From assembly GCA_964555575.1 (NCBI GenBank), contig CAZKTH010000001.1, positions 1 to 53,711 of the forward strand: a stretch of DNA of 53,711 nucleotides, in the 5' to 3' direction. A program made the position numbers and the translations under genes. The stretch comes from an uncultured Devosiaceae bacterium. GTDB taxonomy: Bacteria; Pseudomonadota; Alphaproteobacteria; Rhizobiales; Devosiaceae. The notes beneath the pieces are model-generated. The model was not told where the DNA came from and searched no databases. It was given only the letters and a program-made list of their open reading frames with translations. Below are positions 45,101-53,711 of this stretch, piece by piece; the stretch's first letter is position 1, and the number at the start of each line of letters is the position of its first letter.

Positions 45101-46078
45101 TTACTCGGCAAACAGCTTGTCGACAATCGGCTGAATATCCGACGAGACGTTGGCGAGGACGGCGTCCTTGGCCTTGGCCTGGAAGGCGGCCGCATCCACG
45201 TCGACGAAGGTCATGCCATGTGCCTCCAGGAAGGCGCGATCGTCCGCCAGGCTCTGGTTGAACAGTTCGCGCTCATAGGCCTGCGCGGTTGCGGCAGCCT
45301 GCATGACGGCATCCTGGTCGGCCGGGGAAAGCTTGTTCCAGGTGCTTTCGGCGATGGTCAGGTAGATCCAGGACCGGACGTGGTCGGTGAGGTTCACATA
45401 TTTCTGCACTTCATAGAAGCTGGCGGAACGGATCAGCGCCAAAGGATTTTCCTGGGCTTCGATCGTGCCGTTCTGCAGGGAGGTGAACACTTCGGAGAAG
45501 GCCATCGGGCCGGGATTGGCGCCCAGTGCCTTCCACACGTCGATGAAGAGCGGAACGTTGGGAACGCGCATCTTCAGGCCGTTCAGGTCATCCGGCGACG
45601 CGATCGGCCGGTTGGAGGTCAGATCCCGTGCGCCGCGCGCGAAATAGGCGATCGGTCGGATCTGGACCTTGTCGATGATTTCGGCCTTGATCTGGTCGCC
45701 AACCGGGCCGGCGGCGAACGCATCCATGTCCTCGATGGTCTTGAAGGCATAGGGGATGGCCAGAAGCGCCGCCATCGGTGCCCAGTTCTGCAGGCTTTCG
45801 CCGGTGATGGTCATGTCGACCGTCCCCAGCTGCATGCCGTTGACCAGGTCCATCTCCTTGCCCAGGGACTCGTTGGGATAGACCTCAACCTTGATGCGCC
45901 CATCGGTCAATTTGGAGAGTTCTTCACCGAATTTCAGCGAAGCCAGATGCCAGGAATTCTGCTCGTTGGCCAGGTGGCCGAGCTTCAAAGTCATTTCCTG
46001 AGCATTTGCGGCAGTGCCGAGCGCTCCCGCAATCAGTCCGATAGCCACAAGTCTGGCTACGGTTTTCATGACAGTCAT
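45101..46078 (-). CDS. dctP: TRAP transporter substrate-binding protein (DctP family)
   Basis: Signal peptide, LKLGHLANEQNSWH, VYPNESLGKE. Confidence 0.9.
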   Translation of the reverse strand: MTVMKTVARLVAIGLIAGALGTAANAQEMTLKLGHLANEQNSWHLASLKFGEELSKLTDGRIKVEVYPNESLGKEMDLVNGMQLGTVDMTITGESLQNWAPMAALLAIPYAFKTIEDMDAFAAGPVGDQIKAEIIDKVQIRPIAYFARGARDLTSNRPIASPDDLNGLKMRVPNVPLFIDVWKALGANPGPMAFSEVFTSLQNGTIEAQENPLALIRSASFYEVQKYVNLTDHVRSWIYLTIAESTWNKLSPADQDAVMQAAATAQAYERELFNQSLADDRAFLEAHGMTFVDVDAAAFQAKAKDAVLANVSSDIQPIVDKLFAE

Positions 46079-46111
46079 GGTTTCCTCCCTTTCTACTGTC
46101 TGTTGGCCCGC

Positions 46112-46840
46112 CTATTCGGAGGGCTCGAAATACTCCGGGAAGGCTTCCCGGATTTTGGGAATAAACGGGAAAATCTCCCGCAGATGTTTTCGCATCGCCC
46201 GTTCGGCCGCCGCCGGATCGGCCTTGGCCACGGCGGTGACGATCGCGGTATGCTGACTGATGAGTTTTGCCGCCGGAAAACGGGAGGCGCGCAGGTGACG
46301 CACGCGGTCCATCGGCGTTTTCAGCCCTTCGAGGACCCGCCAGGCGTTCCGCTTGCCGGCGGCCTCGGCCAGGGTCCGGTGAAAGCTGTCATCGAGATGC
46401 ACGAACTCTCCGACGGCACCATTGGCAACCACCTTCTGCGCATCCAGCAGCGCATAGAGCTCCGTCAGAACCGCCCGATCGGCCTTTTCGGCCACAAGCC
46501 TGACAACATCGGCCTCGACGGCCTCGCGAAGAAACCGCGCGTCCAGAACCGCGTCCAGCGAAATCTTGCGTACGAACGTGCCGCGCTGCGGCCGGACTTC
46601 GAGAAGCCCCTCATTTGCCAGCTTGATGAATGCCTCGCGAACCGGCTGGCGGCTGACGCCAAAGGATTGCGCGATGGTGGATTCGGTCAGTCGCGTGCCA
46701 GGGACATATTCCCCGAAAACGATATTCTCGCGCAGAACCCGATAGATCTGCGGCGCAACCGGCGCCGCCTTCTCCTTCAGCTCGAAAATGTCGCCGGTCT
46801 TGGCCAAAGGTCCACCCTCTCTGCGCCAACTATCTTGCAT
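46112..46840 (-). CDS. GntR/FadR-type (FCD) transcriptional regulator
   Basis: LTESTIAQSFGVSRQPVREAFIKLANEGLLEVRPQRGTFV and a helical FCD domain. Confidence 0.85.
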   Translation of the reverse strand: MQDSWRREGGPLAKTGDIFELKEKAAPVAPQIYRVLRENIVFGEYVPGTRLTESTIAQSFGVSRQPVREAFIKLANEGLLEVRPQRGTFVRKISLDAVLDARFLREAVEADVVRLVAEKADRAVLTELYALLDAQKVVANGAVGEFVHLDDSFHRTLAEAAGKRNAWRVLEGLKTPMDRVRHLRASRFPAAKLISQHTAIVTAVAKADPAAAERAMRKHLREIFPFIPKIREAFPEYFEPSE

Positions 46841-47061
46841 ACTTCCATACTAGTCAACAACCAATCCGAGTAGTTTCACCGTCGTAAAAATCTGGAAATC
46901 GGAGGGGCGATGACGCAGGCTTGACGGCAGCAAATGGCACATCGCCGAGACTGTCCCTGGAAGCTGTCGAAAGCCTGCCGGTTTCCAAGGACATCCGGAA
47001 GCCGATCGGGAACCGGCGCAAACACATCGCCAACTGGAAAACCTCGAGAGCAGCGAGGTCG

Positions 47062-47748
47062 TCACACGTTCTTCGACTTCTGGTCGGCGGCCGCGATGTC
47101 TTCGATCTCCAGGGAATAGGTCTCTTCGGTACGGCCGATATGTCGGCGCAAAAGCGCTTCGACGTCTGTGTCGCTGCCCGTCTCGATGGCGTCAAGGATC
47201 AGCTTGTGCTCCTCGAAAGACAGGCGCGTGTGCATCGCCTTGGATGCCAGACGGGTTCTGAGGGCGGCGATCTTTCCGACGTAGCGGGCGTAGCTGTCGG
47301 CCAGGTACTGGTTGCCGCAATGGGCGAAAATGGCATTGTGGAAGGCGGTATCGAGCGTCAGATAGGCGCGCGTGTCGCCTTTCCTGAGCGCCTCTTCCAT
47401 CTTCTTGACGACCGCGGACAAATCCTTGGCCAGGCCGGTGCGATCACGCTGGATGGCCAGGGTCAGCCCTGCCCCTTCCAGCGCCAGCCTGAATTCGCAG
47501 ATCTGCACGACCTCGCGGGCGCTCAGCGTGAAAACATAGGCGCCTTTTTGCGGAACGATCGTGACTAGCCCCTCGCCCCGCAGCTGGACGAGCGATTCCC
47601 GAACCGGTGTCTTCGAGACGTTGAGACTCTCGGCAAGAACACGCTCGGACAGGGCCGCTCCCAAACCGAAATCGCCGCTGACGATGGCTTCCCGCAGCCG
47701 TTCGAGCACCGTTTGCGTCAGAGATTTGGGGCGATTTATGGCGTCCAT
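47062..47748 (-). CDS. GntR/FadR-type (FCD) transcriptional regulator
   Basis: LSERVLAESLNVSKTPVRESLVQLRGEGLVTIVPQKGAYV plus an FCD domain. The start is taken at MDAINRPKSL (47748). The ORF also allows a start at 47796. Confidence 0.8.
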   Translation of the reverse strand: MDAINRPKSLTQTVLERLREAIVSGDFGLGAALSERVLAESLNVSKTPVRESLVQLRGEGLVTIVPQKGAYVFTLSAREVVQICEFRLALEGAGLTLAIQRDRTGLAKDLSAVVKKMEEALRKGDTRAYLTLDTAFHNAIFAHCGNQYLADSYARYVGKIAALRTRLASKAMHTRLSFEEHKLILDAIETGSDTDVEALLRRHIGRTEETYSLEIEDIAAADQKSKNV

Positions 47749-47873
47749 TGGCACTTTTTTTTCTTGCGCCGCACCGGGTTGACTGACATATGACATCTGA
47801 GATATCAGTTGTCAATCGCATCGATCGGAGGCCGGCGTTGGCGCATGGCGGAACGCGGGCCGGGAGGGGACAG

Positions 47874-48746
47874 GTGGTCGCAGCGGAACTCGTACTCGAT
47901 TGTCGCAACACGCACGGCGAAGGCGTTTTCTGGAACGCCGCGGACGCGCGCCTCTGGTGGACGGATATCCACGGCAAGAAGCTGTGGTGGTTCGATCCGG
48001 CGACAGAGGATGCCGGTTCGATCGACATGCCGGACCGGGTCTGCTGTTTCGCGCCGCGCGCCACGGGCGGCTTCCTGCTGGCCTTGGCCCATGAACTCGC
48101 CTTGTTCGATCCGAAATCGAGGGCGTTCGAAAGCTTTTTCCCGTTCGAGCCCGACAATCCGAACACCCGCCTCAATGACGGACGGACCGACCGCAACGGC
48201 AATTTCGTCGCCGGTGGCATGAACGAGATCACCGAGGAGGCCGATTCGAGCGTCGTCCTGGTCACCCCCGACCTTCAGGTCCGGACCGTGATTGAAAAGG
48301 TTTCCTGCGCCAACTCGATCTGCTTCTCGCCGGACGGGCGCACGATGTATTTCACCGACACGCCCGACCAGCAGATCCTCGCCTATGACTACGACGCCGC
48401 GGCGGTGGCACTCTCGACCCCGCGCCCGATCGTCGACATGCACGGCGAGCCCGGCATCCCGGACGGCTCCTGCGTCGATGCCGAGGGTTATGTCTGGAAT
48501 GCCGAATGGATGGGGCGGCGGGTCATCCGCATCGCCCCCGACGGGCGGATCGACCGCGTTGTCGAGGTGCCGGTCGACAAGCCGACCTGCTGTGCTTTCG
48601 GCGGTACCGATCTCGACACGCTCTACATCACCACGTCGCGTTTGGGCAGCACGCCCGAGCGCCTTGCCCAAGAAGCGAATTCTGGCGGCCTGTTCGCCAT
48701 GAAAACCGGCGTCAAGGGGCTCGAGGATGTCCCTTTCGCCGGCTGA
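47874..48746 (+). CDS. SMP-30/gluconolactonase/LRE-family lactonase
   Basis: GEGVFWNAADARLWWTDIHGKKLWWFDP, RLNDGRTDRNGNF, PDGSCVDAEGYVWNA, CCAFGG. GTG at 47874 preceded by GGGAGGGGA is preferred. The ORF allows ATG at 47790. Confidence 0.8.
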   Translation: MVAAELVLDCRNTHGEGVFWNAADARLWWTDIHGKKLWWFDPATEDAGSIDMPDRVCCFAPRATGGFLLALAHELALFDPKSRAFESFFPFEPDNPNTRLNDGRTDRNGNFVAGGMNEITEEADSSVVLVTPDLQVRTVIEKVSCANSICFSPDGRTMYFTDTPDQQILAYDYDAAAVALSTPRPIVDMHGEPGIPDGSCVDAEGYVWNAEWMGRRVIRIAPDGRIDRVVEVPVDKPTCCAFGGTDLDTLYITTSRLGSTPERLAQEANSGGLFAMKTGVKGLEDVPFAG

Positions 48747-48944
48747 TTGGCCCATGGGGAGGCAAAACATGAAGAGACTGATGCACCAGCCTGGCCGCGA
48801 CGGTATCCGTCCTGGCGCTGACCGTCGCCGTTGCGGCTGCCGACTATCCGCAGCCCCAGCCGCCAGACCCGAGCGGCCAGGCGGTGACGGTAGGGCTTTC
48901 CAAGGGCGATCTCGTCGATCCGCTCAAGGCGCTCGAAATGGGCC

Positions 48945-49265
48945 GGGCGGGACACCGACGAGCTGGAGGATATCGGCCGGCCGATCTGGACGCGTGCGAT
49001 CACGCCGCGTGGCACCCGCACCATGTTCTCGGGTAGAAAGGAAGAGCTTTCGATCAACGTGCCGATCGCCTGCGGCGGTGTGACGGTCAATCCGGGCGAC
49101 TTCATCGTCGCCGACCTCATGGGGGTTGTCGTCATCCCGCTGGCGCGTGCCGAGGAAGTGGTGGCCCTGGCAAAGGAACAGGCCGACCGCGAGGAGGAGA
49201 TGCGTGCCTGGGTCAAGCAGGGCAAGACAATCGAAAACCTCCTGGAGGAGTTCGGCCGAATTTGA
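48945..49265 (+). pseudogene. 5'-truncated RraA-family (4-hydroxy-2-oxoacid aldolase/RraA-like) remnant
   Basis: The frame of 49023 extended upstream reads ...RDTDELEDIGRPIWTRAITPRGTRTMFSGRKEELSINVPIACGGVTVNPGDFIVADLMGVVVIP.... This matches only the C-terminal third of RraA-like proteins. Upstream (48769-48930) is an unrelated frameshifted start with a signal-peptide-like segment. Confidence 0.5.
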
Positions 49266-50191
49266 CCATTTCCGATACGTCCCTGATCGCCATTGACTGG
49301 GGAACCAGTTCGTTCCGTGCCTGGGCGTTGGCGTCGGACGGCGGCGCACTGGACGAGGTCAGCACGCGAAACGGCATTCTGGCGGTGCCCGACGGCGATT
49401 TCGACGGCACGTTCGAGGCCGCGATCGGACCGTGGCTGGCCGACGCTCCGGACACGCCAATCATCGCTTCGGGCATGATCACCAGCCGCAATGGCTGGTG
49501 CGAGACGCCTTACCTTCCCCTACCGCTCGACGCGGGCGACCTGGCGAACGCCCTGATGCCGTTCCGCACCGGGAAAGGCCGGACGATCCATTTCGTCACC
49601 GGCACGGCGCGCAATCCTGAAGTGGGCCTGCCCGACGTCATCCGCGGCGAGGAAACCGAACTGGTCGGTCACCTCGCGGCAGGCGGGAGCGGCGACGGTC
49701 TTTTCGTGATGCCCGGCACGCACAGCAAATGGGCACTCGCCGCGCGGGGCGCTCTTGTCGCGTTCGAGACCTACATGACCGGCGAGATCTACGCCGTTCT
49801 CTGCAGGCATTCGATTCTCGGCCGGTTGATCGTCGAAAACGCACCGCCGTCGCATGAAGCGTTCCGACGCGGCGTCGAAGCGGCCGGCAACGCACGGTCC
49901 TCGATCACGAGCACCCTGTTTTCGGCGCGGTCGCTTGCGCTGTTCGATCGGCTGAAAGGCGAAGAAATCGCCGACTATCTTTCCGGCCTGCTCATCGGCG
50001 AGGAGTTGCGTTCCGGCCTTGCGACGCATCCGGGCATCGGCACTGTCAATGTGATCGGCCGCGGAGACCTCTCCGACCGCTACGGGGCTGCGTTCGACGT
50101 TTTCGGCACAAGGGTGAACCGGGTGTCCTCCGGCATGGCGCGATTCGGTCTTTTCGAGATCGGAAAAAGGGCCGGGCTGGTGCGATCATGA
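49262..50191 (+). CDS. dgoK: 2-dehydro-3-deoxygalactonokinase
   Basis: IAIDWGTSSFRAW, FVMPGTHSKW and YMTGEIYAVL are the characteristic DgoK motifs. The TTG start overlaps the preceding stop. Confidence 0.8.
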   Translation: MTISDTSLIAIDWGTSSFRAWALASDGGALDEVSTRNGILAVPDGDFDGTFEAAIGPWLADAPDTPIIASGMITSRNGWCETPYLPLPLDAGDLANALMPFRTGKGRTIHFVTGTARNPEVGLPDVIRGEETELVGHLAAGGSGDGLFVMPGTHSKWALAARGALVAFETYMTGEIYAVLCRHSILGRLIVENAPPSHEAFRRGVEAAGNARSSITSTLFSARSLALFDRLKGEEIADYLSGLLIGEELRSGLATHPGIGTVNVIGRGDLSDRYGAAFDVFGTRVNRVSSGMARFGLFEIGKRAGLVRS

Positions 50192-50273
50192 ACTGGCACG
50201 ACACCTTCGGGGTCTGTCCCTGAAGCATTGTTTTTGCCTTTTCCGCCAATGAATTACCAGCTTTTCACTGTCC

Positions 50274-50817
50274 TTATCCGACGATCAGTCCTGGCAGCCA
50301 CAGGGCGATTTCCGGGAATGCCATCAGAATGCCGATGGCGACGACCTGCATGATGATGAACGGCCAGACCGAGCTGAAGATGTGGATGAGTGTGATCTCC
50401 GGCGGCACTACCGATTCCAGATAGAAGCCGGCCGGTGCGAAGGGCGGCGACAGGCCCGATGGTCACCAGCGGCGGCAGATCGGCACCGAGGATGAGCCCG
50501 TGCATGAACGCGCGACCGCCCGAAAGGTTGTAGACCCTGACCAGGACGGAAACCCCGAAGGTCACCCACAAAAACATGCCGCAGGCTTTCAGGGTCTGCA
50601 CCATGCCGTCATTGAGCGGGGCAAAGCCCAATTCGCCGCGCAATGCGATGAGGAGAAGCGCGCCGACCACACCGACAACCGCCGCCTCGGTGATCGAGGT
50701 TACACCGCAATAGTTGAGCCAGGCGTGCAACTGCATCGGGTTTTCATAGCCGCCCATGACGTCACCGATGAACTGGAAGGCGGGGTCCTTGCCGGTCTGA
50801 TAGCTGGCACCGGTCAT
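50274..50817 (-). pseudogene. 3' fragment of a TRAP DctM-family permease gene with a frameshift near 50455-50462
   Basis: ...SITEAAVVGVVGALLLIALRGE...GMFLWVTFGVSVLVRVYNLSGG...LILGADLPPLVTIG, then one frame over ...LSPPFAPAGFYLESVVPPEITLIHIFSSVWPFIIMQVVAIGILMAFPEIALWLPGLIVG* (TAA at 50274-50276). The N-terminal two thirds of a DctM and the partner dctQ/dctP genes are absent. Confidence 0.6.
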
Positions 50818-51005
50818 GTCGATGTCGAGAATGCCCGATGCTGCGGCGCCATCGCCAAGGGCCGGTCCGCAGACGCTGTCATCGCTTCGGGAAATATCGT
50901 AAGCTTGGCCGAGACCATGTTCTATAGCCTTTCCGACAACATCGATCCTGCCCTGCTGGACGTCAGCATCGAGCCGCTTCCGGCCTCACTCACGGAATCA
51001 TATGT

Positions 51006-51989
51006 ATGATGTCTCTCCGCATCGTTTTCCACGGCGGCAATATCGCGGCGTTTCATGACGGGTTCGCCGGGCTGCTCGCGTCCGCCCACGACATAAGCAT
51101 TCTGCCCGATGCCCTGACCGACGAGGCCATGCGCGCCGCCTATCGCGATGCGGACGTGATTGTCGGCACCAGGATCGATGCCCGCCTGCCGCGACCGGTT
51201 CGACTGAAGCTTTTTCAGGTTGCCGGCGCCGGCACGGACCAGGTGGATCAGCAGCTTCTTCCCCCCGGATGCACCGTGTGCAACTGTTATGGCCACGACG
51301 TGCCGATTGCCGAATACGTCATGACGGCGATCCTGAATGCGCGGGTTCCGATCCGGGATGCCGATGCCCGGCTGCGCAAGGGCGACTGGACCTATCAATC
51401 CGGCCACAAACTGCATGGCGAGATCGCCGGCGAGGTGATCGGTCTGGTCGGCTTTGGCCATATCGGGCGTGCGATCGCACAGCGTGCCGCCGCCTTCGGC
51501 ATGCATGTCCACGTCGCCAATCGCAGCAGGGTGCCGGCCGATGATCTGGTGGAGAAATCGTTTGGTCTCGACGCGTTGCCGCAATTGCTGTCGGGTGTCG
51601 ACTATGTGGTGGTGGCCCTGCCCCATACGCCCGAGACAGAGGGTCTGATCGGCGTTGCGGCTTTTGCGGCCATGCGACCAAACGCCTATCTGTGCAATGT
51701 CGGCCGTGGACCGGTCATTGATGAAAAGGCGCTGTTCGACGCCCTCAAGGATGGGCGGATCAGGGGGGCGGCCATAGACACCTGGTATGTCTATCCCTCC
51801 GCGGCCAATGATGCGCCGCGGCCGGCCACTCTGGCCTTCGAGACGCTGCCGAACCTGACCATGACGCCGCACATGTCAGGATGGACGCGCGGCACCATTG
51901 CCCGACGCCGACAGGCGATCGCCGACAATGTCAATCGGCTGGCCAACGGCGGAGAATTGCAGAACATCGTCTGCCGCATTGAAGGCTGA
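51006..51989 (+). CDS. D-isomer-specific 2-hydroxyacid dehydrogenase family protein
   Basis: LVGFGHIGRAIA NAD motif, NVGRGPVIDE, MTPHMSGWT. Confidence 0.85.
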   Translation: MMSLRIVFHGGNIAAFHDGFAGLLASAHDISILPDALTDEAMRAAYRDADVIVGTRIDARLPRPVRLKLFQVAGAGTDQVDQQLLPPGCTVCNCYGHDVPIAEYVMTAILNARVPIRDADARLRKGDWTYQSGHKLHGEIAGEVIGLVGFGHIGRAIAQRAAAFGMHVHVANRSRVPADDLVEKSFGLDALPQLLSGVDYVVVALPHTPETEGLIGVAAFAAMRPNAYLCNVGRGPVIDEKALFDALKDGRIRGAAIDTWYVYPSAANDAPRPATLAFETLPNLTMTPHMSGWTRGTIARRRQAIADNVNRLANGGELQNIVCRIEG

Positions 51990-52547
51990 ACGGTCTCGGT
52001 GCGGCGTGCGGCAATGGCGAAAGACTGCGCCGGCAGCTGCTTGTGACGCAACAGGAGCAATACCGGCGCGTATGCGCCTTTCCGCTTGCCCCGTTGTTGT
52101 GACACCGCGTCGTGGAAACGATCCTTAACGCAAGTCATGGACGCGCGCGACCGGCCCGATATGGGTGATCCTTGATCGATCGGCCGCATCTGGAGACGGG
52201 ATGACATCCATTTTCCGTTCTGGCGCGGCGTTGCCGCTGCCGGAATTCTGGTGTTGGTGACGGCAAGCCGATGGAAATGGACAAAAGACAGAAAACAGGA
52301 CGGCAGTACCGGAAAGATGCTGCATTCTATACTTGCCAGCTCCGCCCTCTTCCTGTTGCGAATGGAGGCGGGGTCCGTTGCTGAGGAGCCCGAAAAGGGC
52401 GCGCCAGTGCGAACGGACGGCGCCATTGGGGAAGGAACATCGCCTCACCATTCAACGACCACATTCGCCGGAGCGCCATGCACTTGAACGGGAGCGGATG
52501 CCAGTGACGACGATATTCTCCATTACGTCGTCGCCACGCTGAATGCG

Positions 52548-53170
52548 GTGGATATGCATGCCGAGCACGCGACTCGCCCGGCCATACACCGCAGCTTTGG
52601 GCCAAAGGCGCTTCCGGCTTGTATGGAAATACTGAAAAGTCCGGAACACTTCCGCGCCAATTTCGCATCCATGACCAATCTCGGCCTTTTGGGCGCTGCT
52701 GCCGCTCCGGCAGTTTCCCGGATCGAGGCCTGTCTTGACGCGAAAATGGACTATCCGGCGCAGGCCACCCTGTCCTGCATCGACCCTGCCGCCGTCTTGC
52801 GGACGTTTTCCGCCAAGGTGACGCAATCGGACCAGAACCATCCGGATCTGGGGCTCGCCAATGTCGGGCCCGCCGCAATTCCCGCGCTTCTCGACTGGAT
52901 GCAAAGCCCGGATCCCAGACTCCGGCGCGCGGCGGGCTGGTCGCTCGACGAGATGGGACTGGTGGCGGTCGAGGCTGTTCTCAATCTCATCCGGCAGATG
53001 GGCGACGGCAATGACGACGCGCGGCGTTCGGCACTCAGGGCGTTTGCCGAGATGACCTGTTTCGCCGAGGCGGTGGCGCCCGATGATGCCGGTCCGGTTG
53101 CCGAGCCACGCCGCAGTCTCTGGACAGGTTTCTGCCGAACCAGGGCAGTTCGGGAAGGCAGCCAATCGCC
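52548..53170 (+). CDS. HEAT/PBS-lyase-repeat-like hypothetical protein, 3' end undefined
   Basis: Repeats such as FGPKALPACMEILKSPEHFR and VGPAAIPALLDWMQSPDPRLRRAAGWSLDEMG. Third-position GC is good to about 53080. The frame then has no stop until 53684, running antisense through the convergent gene, so the true end is unknown. Confidence 0.35.
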
Positions 53171-53174
53171 GTCT

Positions 53175-53711
53175 TCAGCTGGCCGAAACGAAGGCATCCA
53201 GTCGATCGAAGCTCATGGGCTTTTCGGTCAGCCGACCGAAATCCTCAAGGACCGCGGCGCGCAGCATCGGCGCGTCGATCGAGCGTCCCCAGAACGCGGT
53301 CTCGGCAAGATAGGCCGCGATCATCGCTTCGCGCCCGGCAGCCGTTCCGTCGTCCAGCGCGCCGATGGCCGAGATCCTTTCGAGGATATCGGCTGCGTCG
53401 CGTGGCGGATATTTCTCGGCCCCCGGATAGCGCCCGAGGTAGAAGACCAGCCAGGCCGCCAGCGACAGCGTCATGAGCGGCGCCGGCTTCCCGTGGCGCG
53501 CCATGTAGGCGGTCAGACGGTCGAGATTGCGCGTCTGGTATTTGACCAGGCCGTTCAGGCTGATGTCGTACCAGAGATGCCGGACGAAGGGATTGGCGAA
53601 GCGCCGCCGCACGGCCGCCGCGAAACTCCTGAGTTCGTCTGCCGGCAGGGTCAGAAACGGCGAATCCGCTGGTGGTCACGATGAGTTCGAGGAATTCGCG
53701 GGCCATGTCGA
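53175..53711 (-). CDS. Mannitol-dehydrogenase-family C-terminal domain protein (tagaturonate/altronate oxidoreductase UxaB-like), partial, with an apparent frameshift near 53655-53678
   Basis: ...PFLTLPADELRSFAAAVRRRFANPFVRHLWYDISLNGLVKYQTRNLDRL... is the UxaB-like pattern. This frame hits TGA at 53676-53678, while the upstream part (..AREFLELIVTTSGF) is in another frame. The gene runs off the window. Confidence 0.55.

Noticed and set aside
47779-47815. Imperfect palindrome TTGACTGACATATGA...GATATCAGTTGTCAA between the GntR gene (47062-47748) and the lactonase gene, considered as an operator.
   Set aside because: The arms align only with a 2-nt offset and mismatches. It is plausible but not strong enough to list as a feature. 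The shared 10-mer ctgacatatg at about 26586 is within chance expectation.
50820-50990. Open frames on both strands between the DctM stub and the dehydrogenase gene (for example ...AETMFYSLSDNIDPALLDVSIEPLPASLTESYV* on plus, ...GKAIEHGLGQAYDISRSDDSVCGPALGDG... on minus), considered as additional gene fragments.
   Set aside because: No family motif is recognisable by eye and there are no starts or RBS. It is probably junk flanking the deletion junction. BLASTX would be needed.

Overview
High-GC alphaproteobacterial, Rhizobiales-like accessory and metabolic region. Hand-counted 60-nt lines are mostly about 60-70% G+C. I see roughly 48 intact-looking CDS and at least 8 gene remnants. I found no rRNA, tRNA or CRISPR. 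Contents from left to right: (1) A Dpp/Opp-type peptide ABC importer on the minus strand, whose binding-protein gene carries one in-frame TAG. It is divergent from a six-gene operon with ATGA overlaps at every junction (GntR, creatininase-family, ketopantoate-reductase-like, SDR, M20 peptidase, amidase). (2) A decayed histidine-kinase stub and a composite hairpin-rich intergenic repeat. (3) An OmpR-type regulator and kinase pair divergent from dsbD plus a DsbA-like gene. (4) A polyol/sugar-acid cluster (SDR, Zn-ADH, 2-hydroxyacid DH, FGGY kinase), a low-GC GntR regulator with an AT-hook tail, and a TRAP transporter. (5) A shattered transketolase, then a cytoplasmic BisC-like molybdoenzyme. (6) A scar made of an IS110 transposase stub, a repeat copy and a truncated PfkB kinase, followed by a SorC regulator. 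(7) The most interesting locus (30.9-40.4 kb). It holds a bEBP-like regulator whose sensor is a PEP-hydrolase-like TIM barrel and whose AAA+ motifs are degenerate, a short divergent TIM-barrel paralog, a Liv-type ABC importer, and a UPF0261 plus TIM-barrel (split Tm-1-like) pair. (8) lrgAB bracketed by repeat copies. (9) An idonate-dehydrogenase-like/TRAP/GntR unit. (10) A decaying sugar-acid region (GntR, lactonase, RraA stub, dgoK, DctM stub, 2-hydroxyacid DH, HEAT-like ORF, apparently frameshifted UxaB-like gene). All calls rest on by-eye motif recognition in the supplied ORF translations plus manual reading of the DNA. No database search or alignment program was available.
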